From assembly GCF_963921235.1 (NCBI RefSeq), contig NC_086097.1, positions 185,568,001-185,632,000 of the forward strand: a stretch of DNA of 64,000 nt, in the 5' to 3' direction. Source of the DNA: Mobula hypostoma (lineage: Eukaryota). Positions within the stretch are counted from its first letter, which is position 1, and every line of letters starts with the position of its first letter. The notes below the pieces were generated by a model, which did not search any database, was not told where the DNA came from, and worked only from the letters and a program-made list of their open reading frames with translations. Shown here piece by piece: positions 13,724 through 25,649 of the stretch. The position numbers and the translations under genes are program-made.

Positions 13724-13761
13724 CAGTCGACGTTTCAGGCCAAGACCCTTCGTCAGGACTA
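13724..13761 (-). ncRNA. Minimal hammerhead ribozyme motif, intact core (GUC)
   Basis: Reverse complement: tagtc-CTGACGA-agggtcttggcct-GAAAC-GTC-gactg. Confidence 0.75.
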
Positions 13762-14433
13762 ACTGAAGGAAGAGTGAGTAAGGGATTTGAAAGCTGGAGG
13801 GGGAGGGGGAGATCCAAAATTATAGGAGAAGACAGGAGGGGGAGGGATGGAGCCAAGAGCTGGACAGGTGATTGGCAAAAGGGATATGAGAGGATCATGG
13901 GACAGGAGGTCCGGGAAGAAAGACGGGGGGGGGGGTGACCCAGAGGATGGGCAAGAGGTATATTCAGAGGGACAGAGGGAGAAAAAGGAGAGTGAGAGAA
14001 AGAATGTGTGCATAAAAAAGAGTAACAGATGGGGTACGAGGGGGAGGTAGGGCCTAGCGGAAGTTAGAGAAGTCAATGTTCATGCCATCAGGTTGGAGGC
14101 TACCCATACGGAATATAAGGTGTTGTTCCTCCAACCTGAGTGTGGCTTCATCTTTACAGTAGAGGAGGCCGTGGATAGACATGTCAGAATGGGAATGGGA
14201 TGTGGAATTAAAATGTGTGGCCACTGGGAGATCCTGCTTTCTCTGGCGGACAGAGCGTAGATGTTCAGCGAAGCGGTCTCCCAGTCTGCGTCGGGTCTCA
14301 CCAATGTATAAAAGGCCACATCGGGAGCACCGGACGCAGTATATCACCCCAGTCGACTCACAGGTGAAGTGATGCCTCACCTGGAAGGACTGTTTGGGGC
14401 CCTGAATGGTGGTAAGGGAGGAAGTGTAAGGGC

Positions 14434-16908
14434 ATGTGTAAAGACTCCAGCAACAACCATGGACAGATTCGAAGTGATTACGCAACCACCAACTGCGACT
14501 CCAGCCTTGAACTCCAGGCCGGGTCTTTATGTGCTGCTGTTTTGACTCCCGTCTCCCCTTCCCCCACCACCACTCCGCAGCCCCGTCTTCCTCAGATCCC
14601 ACCGTCAGCTCCTGGGCCCTCAGAGGCTCCATCTTCCTCTCACCCCAACCATCCCCTCTCAACTGATACCCCCAGCCTCCCCCCTCCCCCCTCTGATCCC
14701 AGCTCTCATCCGTGCCGGGTCTTTACCATCCCCTCCGACCTTCAACTGTCGGAGGCAGAGCGCTCTGTTCTCAGTAAGGGCCTCACGTTTGTCCCCCTTC
14801 GCCCACACCTCAGCGAGTTCCGTGTTCGCCATGATGCGGAACTTTTCTTCCGCCGTCTCCGTCTCCGAGCCTACTTCTTCGGCAAGGACTCTTCCACCCC
14901 CACCGATGACCCCTTCTCCCGTCTTCAACCCTCCTCTTCTTCATGGACACCCCGCTCTGGTCTTCTGCCTGCTCTGGATCTCTTTATTGCTAACTGCCGA
15001 CGGGACATCAACCGTCTCGACTTCACCGCACCTTGTCCCCATTCCAACCTCACTCCTTCGGAACGCTCTGCTCTCCACTCCCTCCGCACTAATCCTAACA
15101 TTATTATTAAACCCGCTGATAAAGGGGGTGCTGTTGTAGTCTGGCGTACTGACCTCTACCTTGCCGAGGCACAGCGACAACTCGCGGATACCTCCTCTTA
15201 TTTACCCCTCGATCGTGACCCCACTAAGGAGCACCAGGCCATTGTCTCCCACACTATCAACGACTTTATCCGCTCAGGGGATCTCCCATCCACTGCTACC
15301 AACCTTATAGTTCCCACACCCCGCACTTCCCGTTTCTACCTCCTACCCAAGATCCACAAACCTGCCTGTCCTGGCCGACCTATTGTCTCAGCTTGCTCCT
15401 GCCCCACCGAACTCGTTTCTGCATACCTCGACACTGTTTTATCACCCCTTGTTCAATCCCTTCCGACCTACGTTCGTGACACTTCTCACGCTCTTAAACT
15501 TTTCGATGATTTTAAGTTCCCTGGCCCCCACCGCTTTATTTTCACCATGGATGTCCAGTCCCTATATACTTCCATCCCCCATCAGGAAGGTCTCAAAGCT
15601 CTACGCTTCTTTTTGGATTCCAGACCTAATCAGTTCCCCTCTACCACCACTCTGCTCCGTCTAGCGGAATTAGTCCTTACTCTTAATAATTTCTCCTTTG
15701 GCTCCTCCCACTTCCTCCAAACTAAAGGTGTAGCTATGGGCACCCGTATGGGTCCTAGCTATGCCTGCCTTTTTGTTGGGTTTGTGGAACAATCTATGTT
15801 CCGTGCCTATTCTGGTATCTGTCCCCCACTTTTCCTTCGCTACATCGACGACTGCATTGGCGCTGCTTCCTGCACGCATGCAGAACTCGTTGACTTTATT
15901 AACTTTGCCTCCAACTTTCACCCTGCCCTCAAGTTTACTTGGTCCATTTCCGACACCTCCCTCCCCTTTCTAGATCTTTCTGTCTCTGTCTCTGGAGACA
16001 GCTTATCCACTGATGTCTACTATAAGCCTACTGACTCTCACAGCTATCTGGACTATTCCTCTTCTCACCCTGTCTCTTGCAAAAACGCCATCCCCTTCTC
16101 GCAATTCCTCCGTCTCCGCCGCATCTACTCTCAGGATGAGGCTTTTCATTCTAGGACGAGGGAGATGTCTTCATTTTTTAAAGAAAGGGGCTTCCCTTCC
16201 TCCACTATCAACTCTGCTCTTAAACGCATCTCCCCCATTTCACGTACATCTGCTCTCACTCCATCCTCCCACCACCCCACTAGGAATAGGGTTCCCCTGG
16301 TCCTCACCTACCACCCCACCAGCCTCCGGGTCCAACATATTATTCTCCGTAACTTCCGCCACCTCCAACGGGATCCCACCACTAAGCATATCTTTCCCTC
16401 CCCCCCTCTCTCTGCATTCCGCAGGGATCGCTCCCTACACAACTCCCTTGTCCATTCGTCCCCCCCATCCCTCCCCACTGATCTCCCTCCTGGCACTTAT
16501 CCGTGTAAGCGGAACAAGTGCTACACATGCCCTTACACTTCCTCCCTTACCACCATTCAGGGCCCCAAACAGTCCTTCCAGGTGAGGCATCACTTCACCT
16601 GTGAGTCGACTGGGGTGATATACTGCGTCCGGTGCTACCGATGTGGCCTTTTATATATTGGTGAGACCCGACGCAGACTGGGAGACCGCTTCGCTGAACA
16701 TCTACGCTCTGTCCGCCAGAGAAAGCAGGATCTCCCAGTGGCCACACATTTTAATTCCACATCCCATTCCCATTCTGACATGTCTATCCAAGGCCTCCTC
16801 TACTGTAAAGATGAAGCCACACTCAGGTTGGAGGAACAACACCTTATATTCCGTATGGGTAGCCTCCAACCTGATGGCATGAACATTGACTTCTCTAACT
16901 TCCGCTAG
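14434..16908 (+). CDS. Penelope-like reverse transcriptase + GIY-YIG endonuclease, 824 aa, uninterrupted but N-terminally truncated
   Basis: IKPADKGGAVVVW, FYLLPKIHK, GRPIVS, MDVQSLYT, GVAMG, RYIDD, FLDL; Cys linker CKRNKCYTC; VIY...YIGET endonuclease. Confidence 0.92.
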   Translation: MCKDSSNNHGQIRSDYATTNCDSSLELQAGSLCAAVLTPVSPSPTTTPQPRLPQIPPSAPGPSEAPSSSHPNHPLSTDTPSLPPPPSDPSSHPCRVFTIPSDLQLSEAERSVLSKGLTFVPLRPHLSEFRVRHDAELFFRRLRLRAYFFGKDSSTPTDDPFSRLQPSSSSWTPRSGLLPALDLFIANCRRDINRLDFTAPCPHSNLTPSERSALHSLRTNPNIIIKPADKGGAVVVWRTDLYLAEAQRQLADTSSYLPLDRDPTKEHQAIVSHTINDFIRSGDLPSTATNLIVPTPRTSRFYLLPKIHKPACPGRPIVSACSCPTELVSAYLDTVLSPLVQSLPTYVRDTSHALKLFDDFKFPGPHRFIFTMDVQSLYTSIPHQEGLKALRFFLDSRPNQFPSTTTLLRLAELVLTLNNFSFGSSHFLQTKGVAMGTRMGPSYACLFVGFVEQSMFRAYSGICPPLFLRYIDDCIGAASCTHAELVDFINFASNFHPALKFTWSISDTSLPFLDLSVSVSGDSLSTDVYYKPTDSHSYLDYSSSHPVSCKNAIPFSQFLRLRRIYSQDEAFHSRTREMSSFFKERGFPSSTINSALKRISPISRTSALTPSSHHPTRNRVPLVLTYHPTSLRVQHIILRNFRHLQRDPTTKHIFPSPPLSAFRRDRSLHNSLVHSSPPSLPTDLPPGTYPCKRNKCYTCPYTSSLTTIQGPKQSFQVRHHFTCESTGVIYCVRCYRCGLLYIGETRRRLGDRFAEHLRSVRQRKQDLPVATHFNSTSHSHSDMSIQGLLYCKDEATLRLEEQHLIFRMGSLQPDGMNIDFSNFR

Positions 16909-17200
16909 GCCCTACCTCCCCCTCGTACCCCATCTGTTACTCTTTTTTATGCACACATTCTTTCTCTCACTCTCCTTTTTCTCCCTCTGTCCCTCTGAAT
17001 ATACCTCTTGCCCATCCTCTGGGTCACCCCCCCCCCGTCTTTCTTCCCGGACCTCCTGTCCCATGATCCTCTCGTATCCCCTTTTGCCAATCACCTGTCC
17101 AGCTCTCGGCTCCATCCCTCCCCCTCCTGTCTTCTCCTATAATTTTGGATCTCCCCCTCCCCCTCCAGCTTTCAAATCCCTTACTCACTCTTCCTTCAGT

Positions 17201-17238
17201 TAGTCCTGACGAAGGGTCTCAGCCTGAAACATCGACTG
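17201..17238 (+). ncRNA. Minimal hammerhead ribozyme motif (AUC variant)
   Basis: tagtc-CTGACGA-agggtctcagcct-GAAAC-atc-gactg. Confidence 0.65.
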
Positions 17239-17333
17239 TACCTCTTCCTAGAGATGCTGCCTGGCCTGCTGCGTTCACCAGCAACTTTGATGTGTGTTGC
17301 TTGAATTTCCAGCATCTGCAGAATTCCTGTTGT

Positions 17334-17468
17334 TCACGATATGAACATTCCTGATTCGACCCGTTTTTTACGAGGCCGAGTGGCTAGCTCAACACTCAAC
17401 CCGGCACGGATGGATTCGAACTCGGGAGCCTTCTCTCCGGAGTCTGGGGCTGATGCCACTGCGCCACA
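17334..17468 (-). mobile_element. tRNA-derived SINE head (its body continues at ~13566-13658, across the Penelope insertion)
   Basis: On the minus strand, A box TGGCGCAGTGG (17466-17456) and B box GTTCGAATCC (17421-17412). Confidence 0.75.
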
Positions 17469-19471
17469 AGACTGACAGGTAAGCAGAGAGGATGGCATGG
17501 CTCTGTTGGTAAAAAATGAAATCAAATCATTAGAAAGAGGTGACATTGGATGGGGAGACGTTGAATCATTGTAGTTAGAGTTAAGGATCTGCATGGGTAA
17601 AAAGACCCTGAAGGGAGTTATATACGGATCTCCAAACAGTAGCCAAGATGTGGATTAAAAATTGTAATGGGAAATTAAAAATGCACGTTGAAAGGGCAAC
17701 ATTACGATAGTCATGGGGGATTTCAATATGTTGGTAGATTGGGAAAATCAGGTTGGTGCTGATTTTGGATCCCAAGAAAGAGAATTTATAGAATGCCTAT
17801 GAGTTGACTTTTTAGAGCAGCTTGTGGTTGAGCACACGGGATCGGTTATTCTGAATTGGGTATTGTGTAATAAACCTGATTTGATTACAAAGCTTAAGGT
17901 AAGGTAACTCTTAGAAAGCAGTGATTATGATATGATAGAATTCATCCTGCAATTTGAAAGGCAGAAGCTAGTCAGATGGATTAGTACTATAGTGGAGTAA
18001 AGAGAATTACAGAGGCATGAGAGGAGCTTGCCGAAGACCGTTGGAAGGGGACATTAGCAGGGATAACATCCAGAGCAGTAATGGCCGGAGTTTCTGGGCG
18101 CAATTCCGAAGGTACAGGATACATACATCCTAAAGAGGAAGAAGCAGTCTAAAGGCAGCATGACACAACTATAGCTGACAAGGGAAGTCAAAGCTAAAAT
18201 AAAAGAAAAAGAGAAGGCATATAATAGAGCAAAAAAAAAGTGGGAAGTCAGAGAATTGGGAAACTTTTAAAAACCAACAAAAAACAAAATTAACTAAAAA
18301 AAAAGCCGTAAGGAACAAAAAGATTGAGATACAATGGTAAAAGCCCATGATATTACAGGAAAGATACTAATATTAACAGAGCATTGACTGACTGGCAAGA
18401 GGCAAAGAGTGGGAATAAAGGGAGCCTTTTCTGGTCAGCTACCAGTGACTGATGGCGTTCCACAGGGGGTCTGTGCTGGGACTTGTTTTTTTACATTGTA
18501 TGTCAATGATTTGGATGATGGAATTGTGGCCAAGTTTGCAGACAGTATGAAGATAGGTGGGGAAGTAGTGTTGAGGAAGCAGTGAAGCTACAGAAGGATT
18601 TAGATTAGGAGAATGGGCAAAGAAGTGACAGATTGAATAGTATGGTCATGCACTTTGGTAGAAGGAATAAAAGCATAGAGAGAAAATTCAAAAATATGAG
18701 GAAAGGGACTTGGGAATCCTCATGCAGGACTCCTTAAAGGTTAACCTGCTGGTTGAGTTGATGGTGAGGAAAACAAATGCAAAGTTAGCATTCATTTCGA
18801 GAGGACTAGAATATAAAAGGAAGGGTATAATGCTGAGGCTGTAGAAGGCACTGGCGAAGCCTCATTTGGAGTATTGTGTGCAGTTTTGAGCCCCTTATCA
18901 AGAAAGGATCTGCTGAAACTGGGTAGGATTCAGAGGAAGTTCATGAATGTGATTTAGGGATTGAAAGGTATATGATGAGTGTTTGATGGCTGTGGCTTGT
19001 ACTCACTGGCATTCAGAAGAATGAGGGAGATCTTATTGAAACCTATTCAATGTTGAAAGGCTCGATAGAGTGGATGTGGAGAGGATGTTTCCTCTGGTAG
19101 GGGAGTCTAGGACCAGAGGACTCATTCTCAGAATAGAGGAACATCCATTTAAAATGGCAAAGTAATTTTTTTTAGCCAGAGTTAGGTGAACCTCTAGAAT
19201 TTGTTGCCCCAAGCATTTATGGAGGCCAAGTGAATGTGTACATTTAAGGCAGAGGTTGATAGGTTCTTGATTAGTCAGGGCATGTAAGGCTACAGGGAGA
19301 AATCTCAGGAGATTGGGGCTGAGAGAGAAAAAGATCAGCCATGCTGAAATGGCAGAGCAGCCTCAATGTGCTGAATGGCCTACTTCTGCTCCAACATCTT
19401 ATAAAAAAGGACTTTTTAGAAAGTAGAAAATAAGGGCACATAATCTCAGGATAAGAGGAAAACACTTGGGA

Positions 19472-19604
19472 AGGTCCTGACGAAGGGTCTCGGCCTGAAA
19501 CGTCAACTGCACCTCTTCCTATAGATGCTGCCTGGCCTGCTGCGTTCACCAGCAACTTTGATGTGTGTTGCTTGAATTTCCAGCATCTGCAGAATTCCTG
19601 TTGT
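19472..19604 (+). mobile_element. 133-bp Penelope terminal insertion: hammerhead motif (19472-19509) + 3' tail
   Basis: aggtc-CTGACGA-agggtctcggcct-GAAAC-GTC-aactg...cctgttgt; flanked by ttggga 19466-19471 / 19605-19610. Confidence 0.85.
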
Positions 19605-19849
19605 TTGGGAGTAAAATTGGATTGTTTTTCATTCAGACAGTTATGAATCTTTGGAAATTTCTATACTAAAGAACTGTGAATCCTCAACACTTCAGTAGAT
19701 ACTATATCTGATATGTTTACTTTTCTTGGGACAAAGCAATCAAAGGAAATATATAGTGTGAAAGTAATTTCAAATTTCAAACCCAACTAACATATCTAAA
19801 GGAATAGGCGGCTTAAGGACCCTTCCCTTGCATTTATTATTATTGAGAT

Positions 19850-20115
19850 AGTCCAGAATTAGCCTTTCTGGCTCCTTGAGCCGTGCTGCCCAGCAATCCC
19901 CCAATTTGCTCCTAACCTAATCACAGGACAATTTACAATGACCAATTAACCTACCAACCTGGCCTGTGGGAGGAAACCGGAGCACCTGGAGGAAACTCGG
20001 GCGGTCACAGGGAGAACATACAAACCCCTTACAGACTGCAGTGGGAATTGGGAATTCAATCCGGATTGCTGGTATTGTAAAGCGTTGTGCTAACCACTAC
20101 GCTACTGTGCCACCA
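19850..20115 (-). mobile_element. tRNA-derived SINE
   Basis: Minus-strand head gtggcacagtagcgtagtggttagcac; related copy at ~21745-21975. Confidence 0.7.
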
Positions 20116-20954
20116 TCTGCTGTAATTCTGTAAGTTAACACAATGGTTCCCCCTCTCAACACTATCAGACATGATGATTTATTCAAATCAAAAACTGAAG
20201 TCATCCTCTTAAACTTCCATCAACCCTTTATATGCAGAATCGTATCACTGACAAGCACTAGCATTCTGAGTTTCTCCTGATGTGATATTATTCCACACGC
20301 ACACAATGCTGGAGGAACTCCGTAGATCAGGCAGCATCCACAAAAGAGAATAAATAATTCTCCAGCGTTTTGTCGTGCTCAAGATTTCCAGCATCCACAG
20401 AACCTCTTGTGAAATACTGTGTTCTGTGATAAATATAATTACATACAAATAACAATTCCTTTCTCGTTTCCAGTTGCCTTTATTTCTAAGTTTGAATTTC
20501 ACTACAAAACACATTACCCGCTTCCAAAACAACCCATTCCTTCTCAGTCCTGCAATGTTATCCAAGTCCTTCCATCATCCAACCCTTCACAGATCTCTAT
20601 ATTACATTTCTGCAACTTAGCAACTCTTTCCCAGTCTATAAAAGCTTTACAAGAATCTACCTTTTTAACCACTTTTGTCACCTACCCAACTATTCCTATC
20701 CATATCTTTATGGAACAATATTGACCATACTACAAATGTGGACATAATTGTCAAATGCAATATGCTGTAGAAGGACTATTTCATTTTATTTGCTCATGGG
20801 ATATAGACATGGTTTGCAAAGTTGACATTTATTTACTATCCCTAAATGACACATCTCAACTGAGTAGTTTCAGAGGATTTTTCTTCTCCCAAGGACACTA
20901 GGTTCAGACAGGTTTTTTCCACAAATTTTTAGGAATGTCATGGTTACAAACTTA

Positions 20955-21510
20955 CATTCAGTGGCCACTTTATTAGGTACACCTGCTCATTAATGAAAAT
21001 ATCTAATTAGCCAATCATGTGGCAGCAACCCAATGCATAGAAGTATGCAGACATGGTCAAGAGATTCACTTGTTGCTCAGAATGGGGAAGAAATGGCAAA
21101 ATCAGAATCAACTTTAACATTACCGGTGTATGTCCTGAAGTGTAATCAAAGTGATTTTGACTATGGAATAATTGTTGATGCCAGATAGACACCAGTTTGA
21201 ATACCTGAAACTGCTGATCTCCTGGGATTTTCATGCACAACAATCTCTAGAGTTTACAGAGAATGGTGAGGGAAACAAAAAAAAGTGACTGGCAGTTGTG
21301 GGTGGAACCACCTTGTCAATGGGAAAGGTCAAAGGAGAATGACCAGAATGGTTCAAGCTGACAGGAAGGCAACAAGTAACTCAAATAACCATGTGTTACA
21401 ACAGTGTGCATGAACATCCCTGAACATACAACCTATCAAACCTTGAAATGGATGGGCTACAAAGGCAGAATATCAAAAAGGTACACCCAGTGGCTACTTT
21501 AGGTACAGGA
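20955..21510. mobile_element. Tc1/mariner-derived non-autonomous element remnant
   Basis: TA|cattcagtggccactttattaggtacac start; the terminal motif recurs at 21482-21508. Confidence 0.55.
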
Positions 21511-21744
21511 GATACAAGCTTTTTAATTCCATTTGTGGTCAAATTATTTGAATTTAAATTGTAAGACTGCCAGGATATCTTGTATCCAGCAGTCCATTCT
21601 GCTAATGGATTGCTAATACTAATCAGTAACTTAGCTACTGTGCTACAAATGGAATCTGGGAAAACAAAGATTTATAACAGTGAGATACAATAACAGGATG
21701 AAAGGGTTCCAGTCTTTTATTCACCATTTTTTAATTTAATTAAG

Positions 21745-21975
21745 AGATACAGCTCAGTAACATCCCAACGAACCCGTGTCACTCAATTACACCCACGTGA
21801 CCAATTAACCTACTAATATGCATCTTTGGAATGTGGGAGAAAACCAGAGCACCCAGAAAAAAATCTACGAGGTCACGGGGAGAACATACAAACTCCTTAC
21901 AGATAGCAACAGAATTGAATGTAGGTCATTGGTGCTGTAATAGTATTATGCTAACTGCTACACTACTGTGTCACC
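21745..21975 (-). mobile_element. tRNA-derived SINE (degenerate)
   Basis: Shares gaccaattaacctac...gggagaacatacaaactccttacag with 19850-20115. Confidence 0.65.
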
Positions 21976-22604
21976 CTCAGGAAAATTTTCTAAGATTTCC
22001 TTTCTATCTGTGGTGCTTACTCATTTAAAACCAATTGGTTTTCCTTTTCATTACAGCTTTCAATCAGTTTTAAGTTATAGTATTATATAAGCATGTAACA
22101 GTCCCTTTAGTCTACCAAATCTGTGCATATCATTAGCGCCGGCTGCTGTTTTATTCTTTACACATTTAACTTTAAATGCCACCCCGCCACCGCTCCTCAT
22201 TATACCATTACCTTCCTATAATGAGGCAACCAGAACTGGACATAATTTGAATTACATTCCATCCATTCTCAGAAAAAAGGACAAGCAATTTCCACAGTTT
22301 CAAAATTCAATGGCACAAAACATGAAGTCTAACATATTTTCTGCTAATTTTATTAGCATTATTATGCACAGCACATACTGAATAGCAGGATCACTGAAAT
22401 ATTTAATCCTTATCGCCACATGCAATCTCCATTTGGCTTTTATTGGTCTTCTCACAATTAAATAATGTACCCAAGAAAAACAAGTGGGATATGCATTATT
22501 CATAAATTTTCTATATGAACTGTGCAAAAGTACAATTTTCAGCTCCACAGGAAAAGTACATTTGAAAATGAAACACTGATAGAAAATGTAAATACTGGTA
22601 GCAT

Positions 22605-22689
22605 TTAACTTGTATCTTCCGTATCTGGGTCTTTTAATTGTTCTACAGAGTTATAATGTTCTCCCAAACCATATGCGTGTCTCATGTAT
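22605..22689 (-). CDS. OTUD6B: OTUD6B exon 7 (last coding exon, TAA stop)
   Basis: (V)YMRHAYGLGEHYNSVEQLKDPDTEDTS*; catalytic His in GEHYNSV; CAG acceptor. Confidence 0.95.
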
Positions 22690-24430
22690 CTGTAAACAAG
22701 AAAAAACATTTAACAGTGTATGATATGAAGCACTTTAAAAGAATTAACAGGGCATGTTATAACAATCTATGTACAAATCAACTTTTTGGCATTAACAACC
22801 TGTTATAAAAAATTTATTGACTAATCAAAAAACTGTAAGATAGTCCCTAGCTATAGAACTTCCAGCAATTTAGGAAATATTTTCACTGTTAAATCTACTA
22901 TTTAATATTTGATCTGCACTTAGTCAACGGAATGGTAGGGCTTACATTTAGACCTGCATCATCTGTGATTATATACCTTACCCAAGAGTACTTTTTGGTG
23001 ATATTGATCTACAGAATAAGAATGAGGCTTGATTTTTTTAAATTGCATGGAGATGCACTCACTGTTAGGTCCAGAATCGTCCAATGGATCCTGTAAAGCT
23101 ATCAACAGAGAGCCCAACAGACAATTTTTAAAAAGTCTGTGAACTCTTAAGCATGCTAAAAGCCATACTTAGTTTATTTTATATACTTGGTAATATTTAT
23201 TATGAGCTTTTAAAGGCTGTTTGCTTGAAACTAAAAATGCAGGAATCACAAATGAACAATTCCTGTAATATTAACATTATCATCACTATGTCCATCTCAG
23301 CTAGACAATGTTGAGTATCGCTCCCCCCGGGAGTCCGCGACGGACCGGAGGTTGCTCCCCATGGTAGGCTGTGTCGGGCCAGTGATTGCTTCCTCCATGG
23401 GAGGCTGTGTCAGGCCAGGGGTCAGAAGGCCACTTCTCGACATATGAAGGCCTCACGAAAGGACTGAGTTCGAGCTGTTGGCTCTCCTCGTTGCCAATGG
23501 AGGATGTTTTCAAAATTCTGAGACATACGTGATTATTGATGTGGACTGCAGTTTATATTGGTCTCCTTAAGTTTTTCTGTGTTTTCCTTCTTGTTGCCAA
23601 TCGCTGGGAAGGCAATATGTTCTTTTTTTGGGTGAGGGAGGGGTTGGATGTTTGATGTTGTTGTCACTGATTTTCTGCATGGGAGGAGCTTGGGGTTAGG
23701 GGTTTGATGTTTGATGTTTTAGTTGCTGTGTCCAGGTGGGCAATCTATTAGTTTTTGTGTGAGGGTGGAGGTTGGGAGTGGGTGGTTTAGGGTTTGTGAG
23801 TTTTGTTTCTTTTTCATGTGGTGGGGCGGGGGGGGGGGGAACGTCAAAAACTTCCACTGTTTTTCTGTACTTAATGGCAATCTGAAGACAACAAATCTCA
23901 GATGTATTCTGCATACATACTTTGATAATAAAATTAACCTTTGAACCTGCTTTATCTTGATTTCATTAATAAGTTAATCCTTTTAACAACATTATATAGA
24001 GAAAGTAAAGTCATTCAGCCTCACAAATGTAGCAGTCAATCCGTGATAAACCTGAGAACAGGCCATTTCCCTCCTCAGAGCTCGTGTGCATCCAGAAGAT
24101 AATATTTTTGAATGGGAATATCTGATCCTACAAGCTGTCTCTAGTAACAAGCAGGTTTAAATTTTACTGACATCCCTAAGTTGATGTTGTCCTGTCTGAA
24201 AATATACAAAACACAATATTCACTCAATATGATAAGCACATCTTTCACATGCATGTACATCAGACTTTTAAGTTCAATATTAGGGTAGATAGTTCAAACG
24301 TAGGGTGTCCTTAAGTTAGGTGTTCTTCACCCTGGACAGTCTGTAGTAGCTATTTATAACCTGATAAAGCCCTATAATATTGAAGTATTTTTTATAACAG
24401 AAGTCTCCAACAAAAAATGTTTCTACTCAC

Positions 24431-24537
24431 ACTAGAATTATTGGTTTCTTTCCATACTCTTCACCTACTGTGATTGGAGCAGAGTCAGCTTGTATAACCT
24501 CCATGGGCATTTTTAAAACATGTGATAAAGCCCTCAA
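24431..24537 (-). CDS. OTUD6B: OTUD6B exon 6 (107 bp)
   Basis: [35 protein letters not shown](V); CAG / GTGAGT. Confidence 0.95.
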
Positions 24538-25649
24538 CTGTAAGAAATTAAATAAATATGCAAGTAAAGGTTAGATTATATACCTTTGCAATTTTTGAAT
24601 CAAGTCAGCCACATCTTAATTGGGTTACAAATTCAGTCTAAGCAGAAGGAAAAAGAGCCAAATAATTTATTTAATGTTCAAGAAACCTGACATCTGTTTT
24701 GGAAAAATATAACTACAAATGCATTAAACTGTTTGGAAGGTTGAGGAAAAGTACAAAGCAAACAGGTTTTCAATTTATACATGGAGGAAAACAGACACCC
24801 AAGCTGAAATTTGATTCAGAAGATGACATAAAGTCATTATGCAGTTTTAAAAACAAGTGCCAAAGTTCCTGTTCAGAGCTCCAAAATTGGCATAACAGTT
24901 TCAAACACCTGAACAGTGAGATGTAATGATAAATGCAATATAAAAAATTACATCACAACAATAAGACCCATGGTCAACTTCTACCATTTTCTACTTTTGA
25001 GGTATTACTATAGACTACACGAAGGTGAATATGCAAAGTTTTCACTTAAATTATATTCCAAGCAGCATACGACACCTTTCATATCAATAAAATGCATTCA
25101 TAGAAGTCAAAGCTCATCTTTTATGGGACTTCTAATGGAAAAACTAAATCAAAGGGTTTACTGAAATTTGGATGCAAACAGACTGACTGAAACATAAAGC
25201 TAAATGGCTATCAAGTTTTCAACTAAATTTATTTGCGCAATTTTATTTAAAATAACCCACAAAACCAGTTTTGGACAGGATCACAATGCATAAAATAAAT
25301 AATTATTGTACTTTCTCTAGTTAGAATGAGATTGGAGGTACAGTTTAGTATTGTACAGATTTACTCATCTTAAGGCTAACTCTAACCAGAAGCAAACTAC
25401 TACAATTCTATTTCGTTCTTCTCCAGAGATGCAAGTATATATGCCTAAAGCACTAAGACAGAAGCCACATGGGTACGTGAGGTGGTTAAGAAGGCATATG
25501 GAATACTTGTTTTTCCATTGTCCAGGGCATCAAATACAAGAGCAAGGAGGTTATTTTACAACCTAAAGAAGCATTAGTTCAGATTACTGTGTGCATTTAA
25601 TGCAAGTTATTGCACTGGAGAGCATGCAAGGGATTCAACAGAGGTCTAA

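Larger units (their letters stand above)
13659..17333 (+). mobile_element. Young Penelope-like (Neptune-type) retroelement with inverted 5' arm
   Basis: 15-bp TSD tcacgatatgaacat 13644-13658 / 17334-17348; 13658-14440 is a near-identical inverted copy of 16522-17304. Confidence 0.95.
12750..19400 (+). mobile_element. Old degenerate CR1 LINE (ORF1 esterase-like, APE, RT), split by a SINE and a Penelope element at 13566-17468
   Basis: EQPEVLVHIDTNDIG (CR1 ORF1 esterase), GDFN-like APE at ~17715, GVPQG/KFAD remnants at ~18450-18545, CR1-type 3' tail near 19380. Boundaries approximate. Confidence 0.8.

Noticed and set aside
13659..17304. Inverted arms read as TIRs of a DNA transposon
   Set aside because: The arms are copies of the element's own GIY-YIG end and 3' UTR around an RT ORF, as in Penelope-like elements.
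17410..17468. tRNA gene (also ~20050-20115 and ~41660-41720)
   Set aside because: A/B boxes are present but there is no full cloverleaf; these are SINE heads.
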